A DNA stretch of 64,000 nucleotides from Chrysomallon squamiferum (GCA_012295275.1 CM022677.1:8556001-8620000); one strand, 5' to 3'. Shown: positions 1 through 13,010, counted from the first letter of the stretch. The notes: generated by a model not told the origin, from the sequence alone. Numbers and translations: made by a program.

Positions 1-56
1 AACTTAAAATCAATGTGTTTAACACCAGCACTTCTTAAAAAGTTGTCAACACTTAC

Positions 57-154
57 GCTACTCGTGGATCAAAGAATTTACTATCACTGATCTCCTCTGG
101 AGGTTTCACAATCAAATCTTTGAACTGTTCTCTTCGTTTGGCTCGGATGTTAGC
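57..154 (-). CDS. PRPF3: PRPF3 coding exon 8
   Basis: taacag|GCT ... GC|gtaagt; ANIRAKRREQFK...FFDPRV. Confidence 0.92.
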
Positions 155-353
155 CTGTTAATAAAAAATTTGTAACATTCATTATTAAAAAAGCGTTAAT
201 ACAAATAATATTACCAAATTTTAAAATGTGCATTAGTTACTGTTCTTGTATTTTCTTGCAAATATTACATGCTTCGTGTTGATGTTGTTAACATTTTCCA
301 GATAACTGCAATAATGGATATAACAGCTTTAAGACCTGATATCCACTCTGTCA

Positions 354-389
<36 letters not shown>

Positions 390-908
390 CACAATTAGGG
401 GGATAATCATTTAAAAAATAGAAAGACTAATGAATATTTCTTTCTCACTTTCTCTTTCTCTGTTTTGTACATTTCTCTTGGTATCTGACTGTCTCATATA
501 CACCCATGATCACACACTAACACACATAAAGACGAACATAAGAACCATGCAGATATACATACATATATGTTGTATACCCCAAAATTCACACAAAACTCCT
601 ACCTTTAGTGTGGGTGTATGTAGCTGTAACTGTACAGCTTGGCCTGTTTTAGCATCAATCGTCTGACCCTCTTCATTCAGAATCAGTGGAGTGGGCCTGA
701 AATAAAAACAGAAATGTAATTGAAATCAGATGTAATTTGTTTGCTCTTTGATTAAAAATAATATAGATTAATATGTATATATATATCTCTTGTTTATAGA
801 GCAATTTTATACAGACTGGATACTCTGTTTGTAACTAATTTACATAATAAATGGTTCATGTTGTTGATATTATTATCTGTTTATGCATGAATAGTATGCA
901 ATTGCATG

Positions 909-958
<50 letters not shown>

Positions 959-3900
959 ACATGTGTACATGGTGCTGTTTGTTGGCACTGGTGTGTAAAT
1001 GTATGCATGCACAAAGTATATAAAAGACACCAAGAGAGGTAACTCATAATGACACTCACCCTGTTAATGGAACCTGTTTCCTGCAACATAACAAAAAAAT
1101 ACATAAATTAATAATAATAATAATAATAAATTATTAATAACAATTAAGACCACAACCAACTTAATAATAAAACAATAATAACAATAATAAGTTTTCAAAA
1201 TGAGATACTAAAACAACTGGTAAAAGAAAACACTCACAGGCCAGGTACAGACTGAGACAGACCAGACAGTCGAGCCTGAATCTGTGCCTGAAGTTCAGCC
1301 GCTCTCTTTGCTTTCTCCATAGCATCGTTCATCAACACCCTCGACTGACCATACGGTGCCATCTAGTGATATTAAAAAATGAAAATCAACAGCAATTACA
1401 TTTTATCAGAATTGTTTCTTTTTATTTTCATTTTCATCATGAATAACCGTAGATGCTATCTAGTGAAATGAATAAAAATCAAAACTAATTACATTTTATC
1501 AACACTTTTGCCAGTATAAAAAACACTGAAATTGTCAAATATTTACATATTTAAACTTTATTTAAATTTAAAATTGTACCATAAATGAAGTAATATGTAA
1601 TAACTGAACAATAATGAAAAAAAATGTATCTGGTGTTTATAAACTGAATAGACAGGATCATCATTGTTCCCAACTAAATGGGAAAATTTTTACTCTCTCT
1701 AGTACAACTTTCATTTGAAGACATACACTGAGGATTATATTCCATATATATATATATATATATAAAAATGGTTTAAAATGTTCTGCTTTTGACTTCTATC
1801 ATACCTTTACACTGAGATACAACAGAAGTGTATCATTTTTAACAAGAACACTATACTACCTGGCTTCATCTACTTTAACTATATCTCTGTCTACTGTTTG
1901 AGTATCAATACTCTGTAGAAAAAAACCTATTAGAATTGCTATATTTTTTTAATTGTTATTTCGGGGTGTATTTTTTTACAAATATAGACAGCTTTACAAT
2001 ACACTCTTGGACAGGAATTATGAGACTAAAGCCAGGTTATTAAACACTTACTTGTTGAACTGGCATCGGAGGAGGCAAAGTGGCCGCAATCTGAGCTTTT
2101 CTCTCCTGAATCATTTTCTGAGCATTCGCCATCATCTCTCTGATCTGTGTTATTAATTAATTATCACATTAATTAACACAGAATAGAATCTGGCATCATC
2201 TCTCTGATCTGTGTTATTAATTAATTATCACATTAATTAACTCAGAATAGAATTTGGCATCAGATCTCTGATCTGTGTTATTAATTAATTATCACATTAA
2301 TTAACACAGAATAGAATTTGGCATCATCTCTCTGATTTGTATTATTAATTAACACAGAATAAACACTTTCATAGATTTTGCTATCATCTCTCTATATTTA
2401 TAATTAATTAACTGAAATTAATGCAGAATAAACAATTTCATAGAATTTCTCATCATCTATCTGATCTGTATTTATAATTAATTAACACATAAATTAACAT
2501 AGAATAAATATTTTCACAGAATTTGCCAGCATATCTCTAATCTTTATTTTTAATTAATTAATGCAGTAGTTAGAAATAAAATTGTCTGATGTTTACCATC
2601 GTTTCGCTAATTTACATTTACAATTAAGTAACACAGTAATTAACACATTAATTAACACTAACCATTAACTAAACTAAACTGTATAAAATGAGTTATTAAC
2701 TAAATAAAAACACCTTGTTCTCAGTGAGTTGACCTGGGCTGGGCTGACCAGGTCCTGGTATCAGAACAGGCTTGTCATCATCTGTGAAACGTCGTTTTTT
2801 CACTCTCTCCTCTTCTCTCTCCTCTTCTCTCTCTCTGTCTCTGTCCTCCTGTAAAATAATCAATTTATAAAATATTTCTCATTTATTTAATCATGTCTGG
2901 TAGCCAGAGAATAGCACTGATATATTCATGAAACAAAAGATTTTTTAAAAATGTGTTGTTATTTAATTTTACTTGTATTTAAGTTTGTATATGTGGAACG
3001 GAAGGTTACATACTTCAAGATACTAACAATTGGTAACATGAATAACAATAATAATATGAGAAGGGAATGGTTACATTTAGGATAACATAATAATTATAAT
3101 GATAATAATAATAACAATTATAAAAAGAAATAATAATAATAATAATAACTCAAACAAGATAATTTTGTTTGTCAGTTCTGATAGTTATCTAACAAAGAAC
3201 AAATCAATGTCAATGAAAGTGATAGTATTAAACTGCGAGAATTAATTACAAATGCTACATGCAGAATAGAAAGAAAAAAGAATAAAATATATATATTATT
3301 AGTTCTTAATTTATTTAAAAGGAATAAAATGAGATGAGAGGCACAAACAAAAGTTAATTGTGAAGATTAAGAAAAAATGCTACATTTTTAGTGTATGTAA
3401 AATTTAAAAATATAAAATAAATAAACAACAAAGGTAAATAATAATAAATTAAAATATTTTTTTTTTTTTTTTTCATTTTTAATTTAAATATAAATAAATA
3501 AATGAATAAGAATACGGGTAAATAATAAAAATAAATTAAATACTTATTATTTTTTCTACATTTTTAGTGTATAGAAGATACATAAATAAATAAATAAAAA
3601 TAAATGTAAATAATAAAAGTTGTTTACCTTTTTTCTTTTACTTTTGCTGTGTCTTGTGCCTGCTCGATAGTCTTCATAGACGTCACAGATTTTATCAGCA
3701 AAACGAGATGCCTGATCTTTATCCAAAATCGAACTTAATTTGTCTAAGTCCAAAATAACATAATAATAAGGAATTACTATGGGAAAAAAAAAATTGTTTT
3801 GAACAGACTATTTTAAAATATTTTCTGCTTCATAATATTCCATGGTGGTTTTTTTTCTCCATCTTCTTTTTATTCAAGAAACTAAAACAGTAAGTACTGT

Positions 3901-4138
3901 AAACTGAATAACTTAATAGATATTTATTTTATTTAAACAGTTATATTAATTTATGATGAATTTTTTTATTACATAAAAGAAAAAGTAATTTACCCAACAT
4001 TTTTCTTTTATCATAACCTCGATCTATGCAGTTGAGAGCAGCAGAAACTAATGTAGACTCACTAAAACCCAGAAACTTCTGTACGGTTTTATCAAGAAGA
4101 CCCTTCAGGTCCTCAATTTCTCTTCTTGAAAGAGCCAT
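57..4138 (-). CDS. PRPF3: U4/U6 snRNP protein Prp3, 5' portion (gene continues beyond left edge)
   Basis: Eight phase-compatible GT-AG exons: 4138-3994, 3743-3628, 2848-2714, 2144-2052, 1362-1238, 1080-1060, 696-603, 154-57. Joined protein starts MALSRREIEDLKGLLDKTVQKFLGFSESTLVSAALNC (PWI domain) and contains MNDAMEKAKRAAELQAQIQ, PTPLILNEEGQTIDA and PTLKANIRAKRREQFK...FFDPRV, recognisable Prp3 motifs. Confidence 0.95.
603..696 (-). CDS. PRPF3: PRPF3 coding exon 7
   Basis: tttcag|G CCC ... AAG|gtagga; PTPLILNEEGQTIDAKTG...PTLK. Confidence 0.92.
1060..1080 (-). CDS. PRPF3: PRPF3 21-nt microexon
   Basis: ttgcag|G AAA CAG GTT CCA TTA ACA GG|gtgagt; strong sites, phase 2-2. Confidence 0.7.
1238..1362 (-). 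CDS. PRPF3: PRPF3 coding exon 5
   Basis: cactag|ATG ... CT|gtgagt; LMNDAMEKAKRAAELQAQIQARL. Confidence 0.9.
2052..2144 (-). CDS. PRPF3: PRPF3 coding exon 4
   Basis: acacag|ATC ... CAA|gtaagt; IREMMANAQKMIQERKAQI. Confidence 0.88.
2130..2580. repeat. ~64-bp tandem repeat derived from a PRPF3 intron/exon-4 junction
   Basis: Unit (g)gcatcatctctctgatctgtgttattaattaattatcacattaattaacacagaatagaat, about 7 progressively degenerating copies; first three spaced exactly 64 bp. Confidence 0.9.
2714..2848 (-). CDS. PRPF3: PRPF3 coding exon 3
   Basis: ttacag|GAG ... AAG|gtgttt; VKKRRF...IPGPGQPSPGQLTENK. Confidence 0.88.
3628..3743 (-). CDS. PRPF3: PRPF3 coding exon 2
   Basis: cttag|AC AAA TTA ... AAG|gtaaac; DKLSSILDKDQASRFADKI. 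Confidence 0.9.
3994..4138 (-). CDS. PRPF3: PRPF3 coding exon 1 (PWI domain start)
   Basis: ATG at 4138, acceptor gatag 7 nt upstream, donor G|gtaaat, phase 1. Confidence 0.93.
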
Positions 4139-4152
4139 TATGTTGCTATCAG

Positions 4153-4209
<57 letters not shown>

Positions 4210-4898
4210 TATATATTAAATTATAATAAAAGACAGTTTAAAAATTAACTTTGTATTAATAAATATTTATAAAAAGAAATAATGCTTGAGTATCAAACGC
4301 TTATAAGGTCTGAAAGAAACAATATTTTGAACTATCTTTAAGCTTCAGAATGCTGCAGGTTTTTAAACGGTAGAATATTATTTGAACACATCTTTCTGCT
4401 GTTCCTGTACATATGTACAGTGTATGTTTATATTTTTTTATTGATTAATATTAATAACAATTACAATAATAATAATAATAAATTACAGAAAAAGGTCTAC
4501 TGATCATTCGTTTTTGTTTTCAATTTTTACTTCAAATTTAGTATATTTATTTTTTATGTTTACAGTTTAATTACTTGAAAATTCAAGGAACTGAAATATA
4601 TACTACAAATTAGTAATTACGAAGGATACATTGTGAATGCTTATAGCCAGTTTGTAAACTTATTTCAATCAATAAACATCTAAACAGTTATGTTACCATT
4701 AGATTAAACGAGTTAATGGTGTAAAAATATTTAAATCAGATGTATAAATTATGATTGTATCAATCTCTTTTCAAATTTTGCATTTCATCAATTGGTCTTT
4801 AAACACTCTGCTAAAATTAACTACAACACATGTAAATTGTGACTGTTCTGTTGGAATATGTACTTCCCATTCACAAAAATAAAGATATCAACACTTAC

Positions 4899-5120
4899 CA
4901 GTTATTAAGTATCCATATTTTTAACTATTCATATCAATCCGAAACTACTGTACACGAACTTGTCGATAAAGATGGAGGGCACATGTTCACGATACATCGC
5001 GACATTTCATTGGCCGAAGAATCATTTCTGTCCTGATCTAGTATAAGGGAAATTACTCTTATTGAAAATTATGAAATTCAAAGAGAATTAAAGAGTTGCT
5101 TGCTCTAACCGGAAATTAAT
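4899..5120 (-). promoter_or_regulatory. Probable PRPF3 non-coding first exon and promoter
   Basis: Minus-strand donor TG|gtaagt (exon would end at 4899), local CpG enrichment, ETS-like CCGGAAAT near 5109; TSS not determinable. Confidence 0.5.
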
Positions 5121-5607
5121 GCATAATAGTTTATAAATGTGCATTTGCTGGTTTTTTGTTTGTTGTTATTTTTCTTCTGGTATTTTTAAAGGAAGATTAG
5201 GATTAATTAATTTAAAATAATTATTTTAATATTAATATTATTATTTAATGATATGTAAGTGGCTTGTGTTACTCTCGTGCACAACAAAAACTATTGATAT
5301 ATTGAAAAACCGATTCATTTATTCATTAACTTATTATTACTATCATGCTGTTCCTGGACTATGCATGCAGACTATTTTTGCGCCACTATCCGCAACCACA
5401 CATACACACAAAAAACCTGCCAAATTCGATTTTTAACGTTTTGAATGAGGGGGGAAATAAAAAATAAAAACCACAATGTTCAATTGCAAGAATAGCAGCA
5501 TTAAATGCCGACCACGTCATTGTTAACGGCACAATAAACATTTATTTTCCTTTTATTAGTTGAATAAGTGGCCCAGCATTCATTCTAGGGGGTGTGCGCT
5601 CGCTCTC

Positions 5608-5657
<50 letters not shown>

Positions 5658-6621
5658 CAAAGACTATTTAAGACAATTATTTTCCTTTTTATTAAGAATT
5701 TACAAGCATTATTCTCAAAAGATGCGGGTCCATATCAAGAATTTAACAATTTTGGCAATCAGCAAGACTGTAAATAATTAAATTATATATCTTATTTTAT
5801 TCCCTACACAGGTAAATAAAAAATATCTGTATACAGAATGTACCTTTTCACAGGAATTAACTTGGAAACTACTTTGGCAAATATTATAATATATGTACTA
5901 TTATTTCTTTTTAATAAATATATTTGACAACAACAACAACAAAACAAATGATAATAACATAACAGAAATAATCCTCTTTCATCAACTATAACATCAATGT
6001 AATTTATTATCATTTAGATTTTTTATAAGTATTTATATTTGAGTAAGAAAAAAATAAAAGAAAGTGCAATAACATCTTTCATCACTTCTCAAACACACAA
6101 CAAACACCATATTTATTAATATTTATTATTTTTTTGGATATTTTTATACATAAAGATTAGTTGCCAATATTAACACAAACCAGTGGATAAACTATCTCGC
6201 AAAGACAAAGAATAAAAACAAAGAGAAAACAAATCACAATTACCTACAATGTTTTTACAAAAATTAGTATTCTTGATTAAGACAAATATAAACATTCTTC
6301 CAGCTACATTTATATGCAGAATGCCAATACTTATATTCCAAGCTTTAAATTTACCAATTACAGACTTACCTGTAACTGAACACAGAATGAGACTGAATTA
6401 AGTCCCAGTTTTAGAGAATCATTCAACAAAATTAGAAAGATTTCTTTTCTTTTTTAATAAAAAAAGACATGTTGACTAATAAACTTTCTGAAGAAAAAAG
6501 ATTACCTTTAAAAATTTCAAAAACAAAAAAAAGGTGAAGAACCAAAATAAAATAAAATTCATAAAAAGAAAGAGAAAATGGTAAATATATTAAACAAAAC
6601 TGCCTTAAATTAGTTTTATTC

Positions 6622-6669
<48 letters not shown>

Positions 6670-8489
6670 TTGTTTACCTGAAAATACAGTAATACATGGA
6701 GAGAAATAAATATAATTAGTTATAACTAAAAAAAGAATTCTGAGAGTATGCAGAAAAATGATTATTTTAATACTTTATGTTAAAATTCAATTGTGAATAG
6801 TTTCGTAAGGAAAGACTTGTAAATAATAATAATAATAAAATTTAACAATTCTGGGAAAATTGTTTTAAAGCCTTGTCAGCATTTTGTTTTATATCTGAAA
6901 ATGTTGGAGATTACCTTTTTTAAATCTTTTTTTTTTATCTGAAACCATCCTACTAAAATAAATAAAAAGAAATATATATATATATAAATAATAATCCTAT
7001 GTCAGATAATATGAAATTAAAAATGTTCAATTGAATGCTGGAAAAATCTTTACATTCTATTCCTGAAAACATGAACACCTTTTTTAATAAAATAAAAAGA
7101 AAATATATAGAAAATGTAGTCTGTTACATGAGTAATTAAAATTTAAAAAAAAAATTCATATTCATGAGCTATATAGGAAAATGTACTCAATTTTCAACAA
7201 ATCTGTTTATAATTATTTTACTACTTGTTTCTACACATATTCTTATTAAGAAAAATAATAATTAGCATGTTGTACAAATAAAAAATATACGTAATAAAGC
7301 TGAAAAAAACTTGACATTAAAAGGTATTTTTTTCCTCTCCTCAAGATCTAAATTAAAGAAAAATAACAACTGAAAATTAAAATATTCACTTTAGCTTTTT
7401 ATTTTGCTTCCAAATATGATATAGCTATAGCAACAGTGTTATGATAAAATTATATCAAAGCAAAAATTAAAAAAAACCAATATGAATTACAAGTACAGCA
7501 ATTTGAATTAGTAACAATTAACTAAAAATATTTATCTTCCATCTAAAGTAGTACATTTCTGAGGTAATGTTGTATACAGTAGTTATGTAATTTGCCTTAA
7601 AATAAAAATAATACCAGTAACATTAAAAATATTTATTCATTTATAATAAATATTTTTCTTAGGGCATGGCAAATACATCTATGTGAAAAATTTAATATAA
7701 ACAAAAGAAAAAAGAATGAACAATATTTAAAATTTCCTTCAACTGAAATGTTTTAAAAATAAAAAATAACTCTGTAACCTTTTGTCAGAAGACTACAAAA
7801 ATAATGTTATTTGACCATTATGTATTCATAATATTGTAATACTGATGCAGAATCCACTTGTCTGTTTTGTCTGTACATATAAATATACAATTTGGTATCT
7901 TTGTCCGACATCTTGAATGTCTGGGTTTCCCCCCATTTATAAATTATTATTCTTTACATAGTTTAATTTAGAAACAAAACGGCAAGCAGGTCAGGAGAAA
8001 AAGAAGAAATTTATTGAAAAACAAAACAAAGATTTTTTTTTAAAGTTTATATATTGTATTTATATACAATATATATTAATGTAATGCAAATTGTAATTAC
8101 ATATCAAACATTAAAACAGTAATTTTTCTGAAATTAAAAAATAAAATATATCAAAGATAAAGATTAAATAAAAAAAAAAATAAAAAAAATTATAAATATA
8201 TAGTTTGGATAAATTTGGAAGTTTCCTTTTAATTTACAGATAATCTTTTATAAATTGTTTTAAAGCAATTAAGATATTTATATCAAATCACATTGATTGA
8301 TTTCAAGGAAAATAAAGTAAAAATAAAATCATAAATTAATAATAAACAAACAAATACTTTAAAGATGTATGCTCTTTAAAAATCTTAAAATCTTGATAAT
8401 ATTTTGAAATCTTAACTGAAAATTTCACAGGTTAATGACAATATGCCAAAATAGACAAATGTACATATTGATGAAAACAAATATAAAAC

Positions 8490-8520
<31 letters not shown>

Positions 8521-10087
8521 AAAAATACTGTAACCAGGGTTTGAGCTGTCACAAACATAAGCAACCATAGTAATAATAAACTCTGAATTGTATAGTAATA
8601 GCTTCGTACCAGTACCAGAAATTTCACTATCAGCATCACTCAAAACAAATATCCATTACCAAACAATCAAATTATAACAAACATTTACAGAATTAAATAA
8701 ATATTTTTACATACATTAAACATACTGATTTCTTTCTTTACAGTAAATGAAAAACAAAATCATCTGTTTTTTTTTTTTTTTTAAATAAGTTGATACAGAA
8801 CAACTGTATCAACTTAACCTTGCAAAAAATGAAAATAGTCATTTTAAAAATACTGCACAAAAGTTACTCTTAATTGCGAAAATACAGAATTAATCTTTTT
8901 TTTTTTAAAAATACAATCATAAATTCTAATTCTTTTTTTATATATATATTTCAAATGGATTGTTTAGCTGGTAGTTTGTGAAAACTTAGTCTTTGTTTAC
9001 GCAATGTATTATTGATTTACAACTGTTATTAATATTTATCAACTGACTTCAGATTAATAAAAACAAATAATTGTAACCAAAAATAAGGTATTTAAAAAGT
9101 ATTTTCAAATTGCTGGTGATTTCAACTTTTCAAGCCCTGGCTAACATTATTACCAAAAATATTCAATTTAATTCTACTGAAAGACAAAATGCACCATTGT
9201 GCATTAGCAATAAAATGCAGAAAAATATCTGGGGGGAAATATGATAATAACAAATAATAACTGAATAATTATAATATATTTTTTGTAAAAAAAAATAAAA
9301 TAAAATTATAATCATCACAGAAACAGAAAATAATTTATTATAAATCTTCTGCAGATGGGATTGCCTCCTAATTTGTTTCATCTTGAATAGGTCTGAGAAA
9401 GAAAAAAAAAAGAATTTTGCTTTCTGAGCATGCATTAATAAAATTAAAATAGGGAAAAAAAATAAAAAAATAAAGGAAGCTAGTGTAAAATAAGTAAGGT
9501 GAATAAAACGTATAAACAAAGGATCAATTTTTGTACACAAAGGCTAATTGTTAACCATCAAAAATGAAATTAAAATATTACCATGGTTACACACATGAAT
9601 ATATATTTATGTATATATATATCTATGTGGAAAGTGGGGTAAAAATATTAGTGTTTTTCTTTCTTTCTTTCCAGCTGTGAAAATTCCACACACAAGTATT
9701 ATTAGATCATGTAAACCAATCAGATTACTGGATAAACAAAAAAAAGAAAATTAAATAAATGCCACATCTTTTACTTAACAGATTTCCTTTCTCTTTCCTA
9801 ATCATATAGGAAACATTTTCTGTAACATTCAGTCATTTTTCTGAAATCTCTCTTCACAATACAAAACAATATTGTTAAAGTTGTTCAACTATGGTGGGTA
9901 AAAATATCCAAGTGACACAAATAGTTTTGTTGGCAAAGTTTTTCAAAACAAAAATAAAATAAATAAAATTTAAAAAAAAACAAGATAAAAGAAAAATATA
10001 TAATTATATATATTCAGATATCTCCCTCGCATGCATAGAGCAACATCCATCGTTCTAATTTTTCTCTTTTTTTTTATGTTTTTTTTT

Positions 10088-10236
10088 TTAGATTTTCTGG
10101 ATTTTTTTCCCAACAACAACTGGATTGGCTTTTCTAATTTGTTGTTGTGCCAGCTCCTTGTAATCAAAAGTACAACTATGTTTATCAGAATATCGGTGCA
10201 AACTGCAGTATAAACCTCCACAGCGACACTGAAATC
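10088..10236 (-). CDS. ZFAND5: ZFAND5/6 last coding exon (AN1 finger)
   Basis: ttccag|GA TTT CAG TGT ... ATC TAA. Confidence 0.94.
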
Positions 10237-12564
10237 CTGGAAAACAAAAATATAACAAATTAAGTAAGTAAAAAGTTTTTAAAAAAGGTTAAAGAACCAT
10301 TTCAAACATTCTCATTTGCATCTGAATTAGTTTCTATGAAAAATGAAAAATTGTTACAGACTATAGTTATCTTGTGGTACTGCCTGCAGGTTCCACCAGG
10401 TATTTTGTATAATTTAATCATAAAAAAAGTATTTATTATATATAATAAGATTTTTTTTTATAGTGATTAAGATCAAGCACATTATAATAAATAAATTTCT
10501 AGTTTAAAAAAAAATGTTTTGCTCTCTGTACCTGTGAGCCCAACCTTCTTCTTACATATGTGACATCTATTCTTCTTTGGTTTCTTATCACCTTCATCAC
10601 CTGGTGAAGGGCTTTCATCTGCGGCTGAACCACCTATCAAAATCAATGATATTCTTAAGCAGTTTCAGTTTTAACCCCCTGTTATCATTCTACACACTGT
10701 AATAAACATTTGTCAGGATTACTTCTAATGTATAAAAATATATATTTATCTACACAAGCCTTCATTAATTCACTATACTAAAGTAGAAATCTCATACCAA
10801 AAAAACAAAAAACAAAACGAATGTTATTCAATTTTAATTAATTATTGTTCAATAGTAAAGATTCAGTATCACATGAACCAGAAAATGTTTTAACCAAACA
10901 TTGAATCTAGCAGCAATCATTCATACAGAGAACAAAATATCTGTAGATATGTATTTTCACAAAATTGGTTAATTTTAACACAATTTAAAGATAAAAAAAT
11001 AAACAATTGATCAATAAAATTACTCCGCTAATTACTTCAATGCTAATATAGTCAGTTCTTGATTGCTCTCCACACACTTTGCAATGTGGAAATACTTTAT
11101 ATCTAACAATTTCTATAGATTACTGAACAGATTTTCTCTGATAACAGTGTATTATATGGAGGCAAAAAATACAATTTGTACATGTTTAATCTGAACAAAC
11201 ACAAGAAAAACAATAAATTTAATTTAAATACTATCAAACTGAATTAAAGGTAGTTCTGTGGAAATAAAAAATGTTTAATTTTAAAGTTTGACTTAATATT
11301 TACTATCAAAACTCACCAGAGGCTCCATCCTCATTCAATTTATCTGAATCCTTTTCATGGCTGTTTGGAATCGAAACAGTAGGTGTGGCCGTTTCTACAC
11401 TGGGTGTGGTGTTACTAGCGCTGGGGGAAGTGGGTTTGGGGCTGGTGGAAGAAATCACTGGCTCCGTCAAGGTTGTTAGAGAGGATCCTGTAATTAAAAA
11501 AAAAATTATGTGTATCTTATATTGAAATTGGAATTAAGAATGCTTTTTCTTTTTTTCATCTCTTAAGAATAAAAATTATAAACTGAAACATGCTCATGTT
11601 CTTGAGTGTAATTTCCTGCTCAGCATTTTGAAAAGAGTGATTTGTGTCACTGCTGGGTTTAAGAAAAAAAAAGAAGAGTAACTTTAAAACAAAATCTAAT
11701 GACAACTCAGTTGTTATTATGATAATAAGGTGGGTTTTTTTTTTATAATCTCTCTAATTATAATCAAATCTTATTAGTAAATAATTAAAATTATTTTTAT
11801 TCATATATATACATCATTATGTGTGAGAGTAAGTTGCACAAATCAGAAATAAAGTTCATGAGGATGCTGAGCATCTTTTGTTTCAGACAATGTAACAAAA
11901 CAAAAATTATTATTTTGCAAGGCAAGCAGCATAAACAAAAAGCAAAACTAAACATAGCAAAAAAAATGTATTACGAATCTGTAAATAAAGGTTAAAATGT
12001 TATTTGCATTCAAATTTGAAAAAAGAACCAAACCAAAACAGTTCATACAAGGTTAGATATTTTTATAACCACCCTCAAACAGAAAGTAGTGTATTTTCTC
12101 TTTGCTAATCATTTCAACAAAAAAAAAAATATTGTTTTAGAAAAAAAAAAAAAATTACTATTAATAATAGCAGTAAAGAAGGAAATGCTACTCCTTTTGG
12201 GAGAAACTTTTTATACAGACTGGTTTTACTGATGCACACAGCCAACAGCTCAAGAAAGAGAAGACGAAGGGAAAAAGGAAAGCAACCATGCTCCAAGCAA
12301 GGCAATGGATTTCGGAATGAATAAATTACCTAAGCTTGTATGAGCCAAGGTCGCGGTCATGCTGGTCACCTTGTCCGGCTCACCTGTTGCTGTAGCTGTT
12401 GGTGTCACGCGACCGCTGCTTACAGGAGACGAGTTCTGTTTCCTCTTCAAAGCATCTTTGTAGCACTTGGAGCACATGCCATCAAAGGCTGCGTTTCCAT
12501 AGAAACCACATCCTGCCCGACATAGTGTGGTAGGTGGTAGATTTTGGTTACCGTTCTGTTCCAT
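10088..12564 (-). CDS. ZFAND5: A20/AN1 zinc finger protein, ZFAND5/ZFAND6 family, 218 aa
   Basis: Exons 12564-12330, 11487-11317, 10633-10532, 10236-10088 total 657 nt. N-terminal A20 finger [24 protein letters not shown]; C-terminal AN1 finger [40 protein letters not shown]...[16 protein letters not shown]. Probably co-orthologous to vertebrate ZFAND5 and ZFAND6. Confidence 0.95.
10532..10633 (-). CDS. ZFAND5: ZFAND5/6 coding exon 3
   Basis: gatag|GT GGT ... ACA G|gtacag; [18 protein letters not shown]. Confidence 0.92.
11317..11487 (-). CDS. ZFAND5: ZFAND5/6 coding exon 2 (S/T/P-rich linker)
   Basis: ttacag|GA TCC ... TCT G|gtgagt, open, phase 1-1. Confidence 0.88.
12330..12564 (-). CDS. 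ZFAND5: ZFAND5/6 coding exon 1 (A20 finger)
   Basis: ATG 12564; exon begins at 12606 after tttcag; donor G|gtaatt. Confidence 0.93.
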
Positions 12565-12759
12565 TTATTAATTTTCAGTTGAGTAGAATGATTCAATCAG
12601 GACAGCCTGAAATTACATATCAAATAAAGTTTCTTGAATAAAGACAATACACTTCTAACATGTTTTGTTATAAATTTATAAAAAATATTTAATATTATTA
12701 TACTGATAAATTAACATGATTTGACATAGAAACTAAAATAATTAATTAGGATAATATTA

Positions 12760-13010
12760 GTAGTTGAGGATCCCTTATCTGAACCTGCTTGGACCAAAAA
12801 TGTTATTGATTCATAAAAATCTTTTTAAATAAATAAATTTTGGACAGAATCTTAGTCTAAAAACAATTTCCAAATTAATTTTTCATATTCAATTTATGTG
12901 GACAGCATTCAGTTGATGAAAGAGGATAGCATTTCAGCTGCACAGGTAAGTTTCATTTCTTTTTCTATTCTTTCTTTTTAAAAAAAATTTTTATAAGGAT
13001 CCCCAACCTG
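12760..13010. mobile_element. Degenerate Tigger/pogo-type MITE in ZFAND 5' intron
   Basis: Imperfect terminal inverted repeats gttgaggatcccttat ... ataaggatccccaacctg followed by TA; same family as 18771-19043. Confidence 0.65.

Noticed and set aside
1355-1370. CTCF-like TCACTAGATGGCAC
   Set aside because: Explained by the PRPF3 acceptor plus ATG GCA codons
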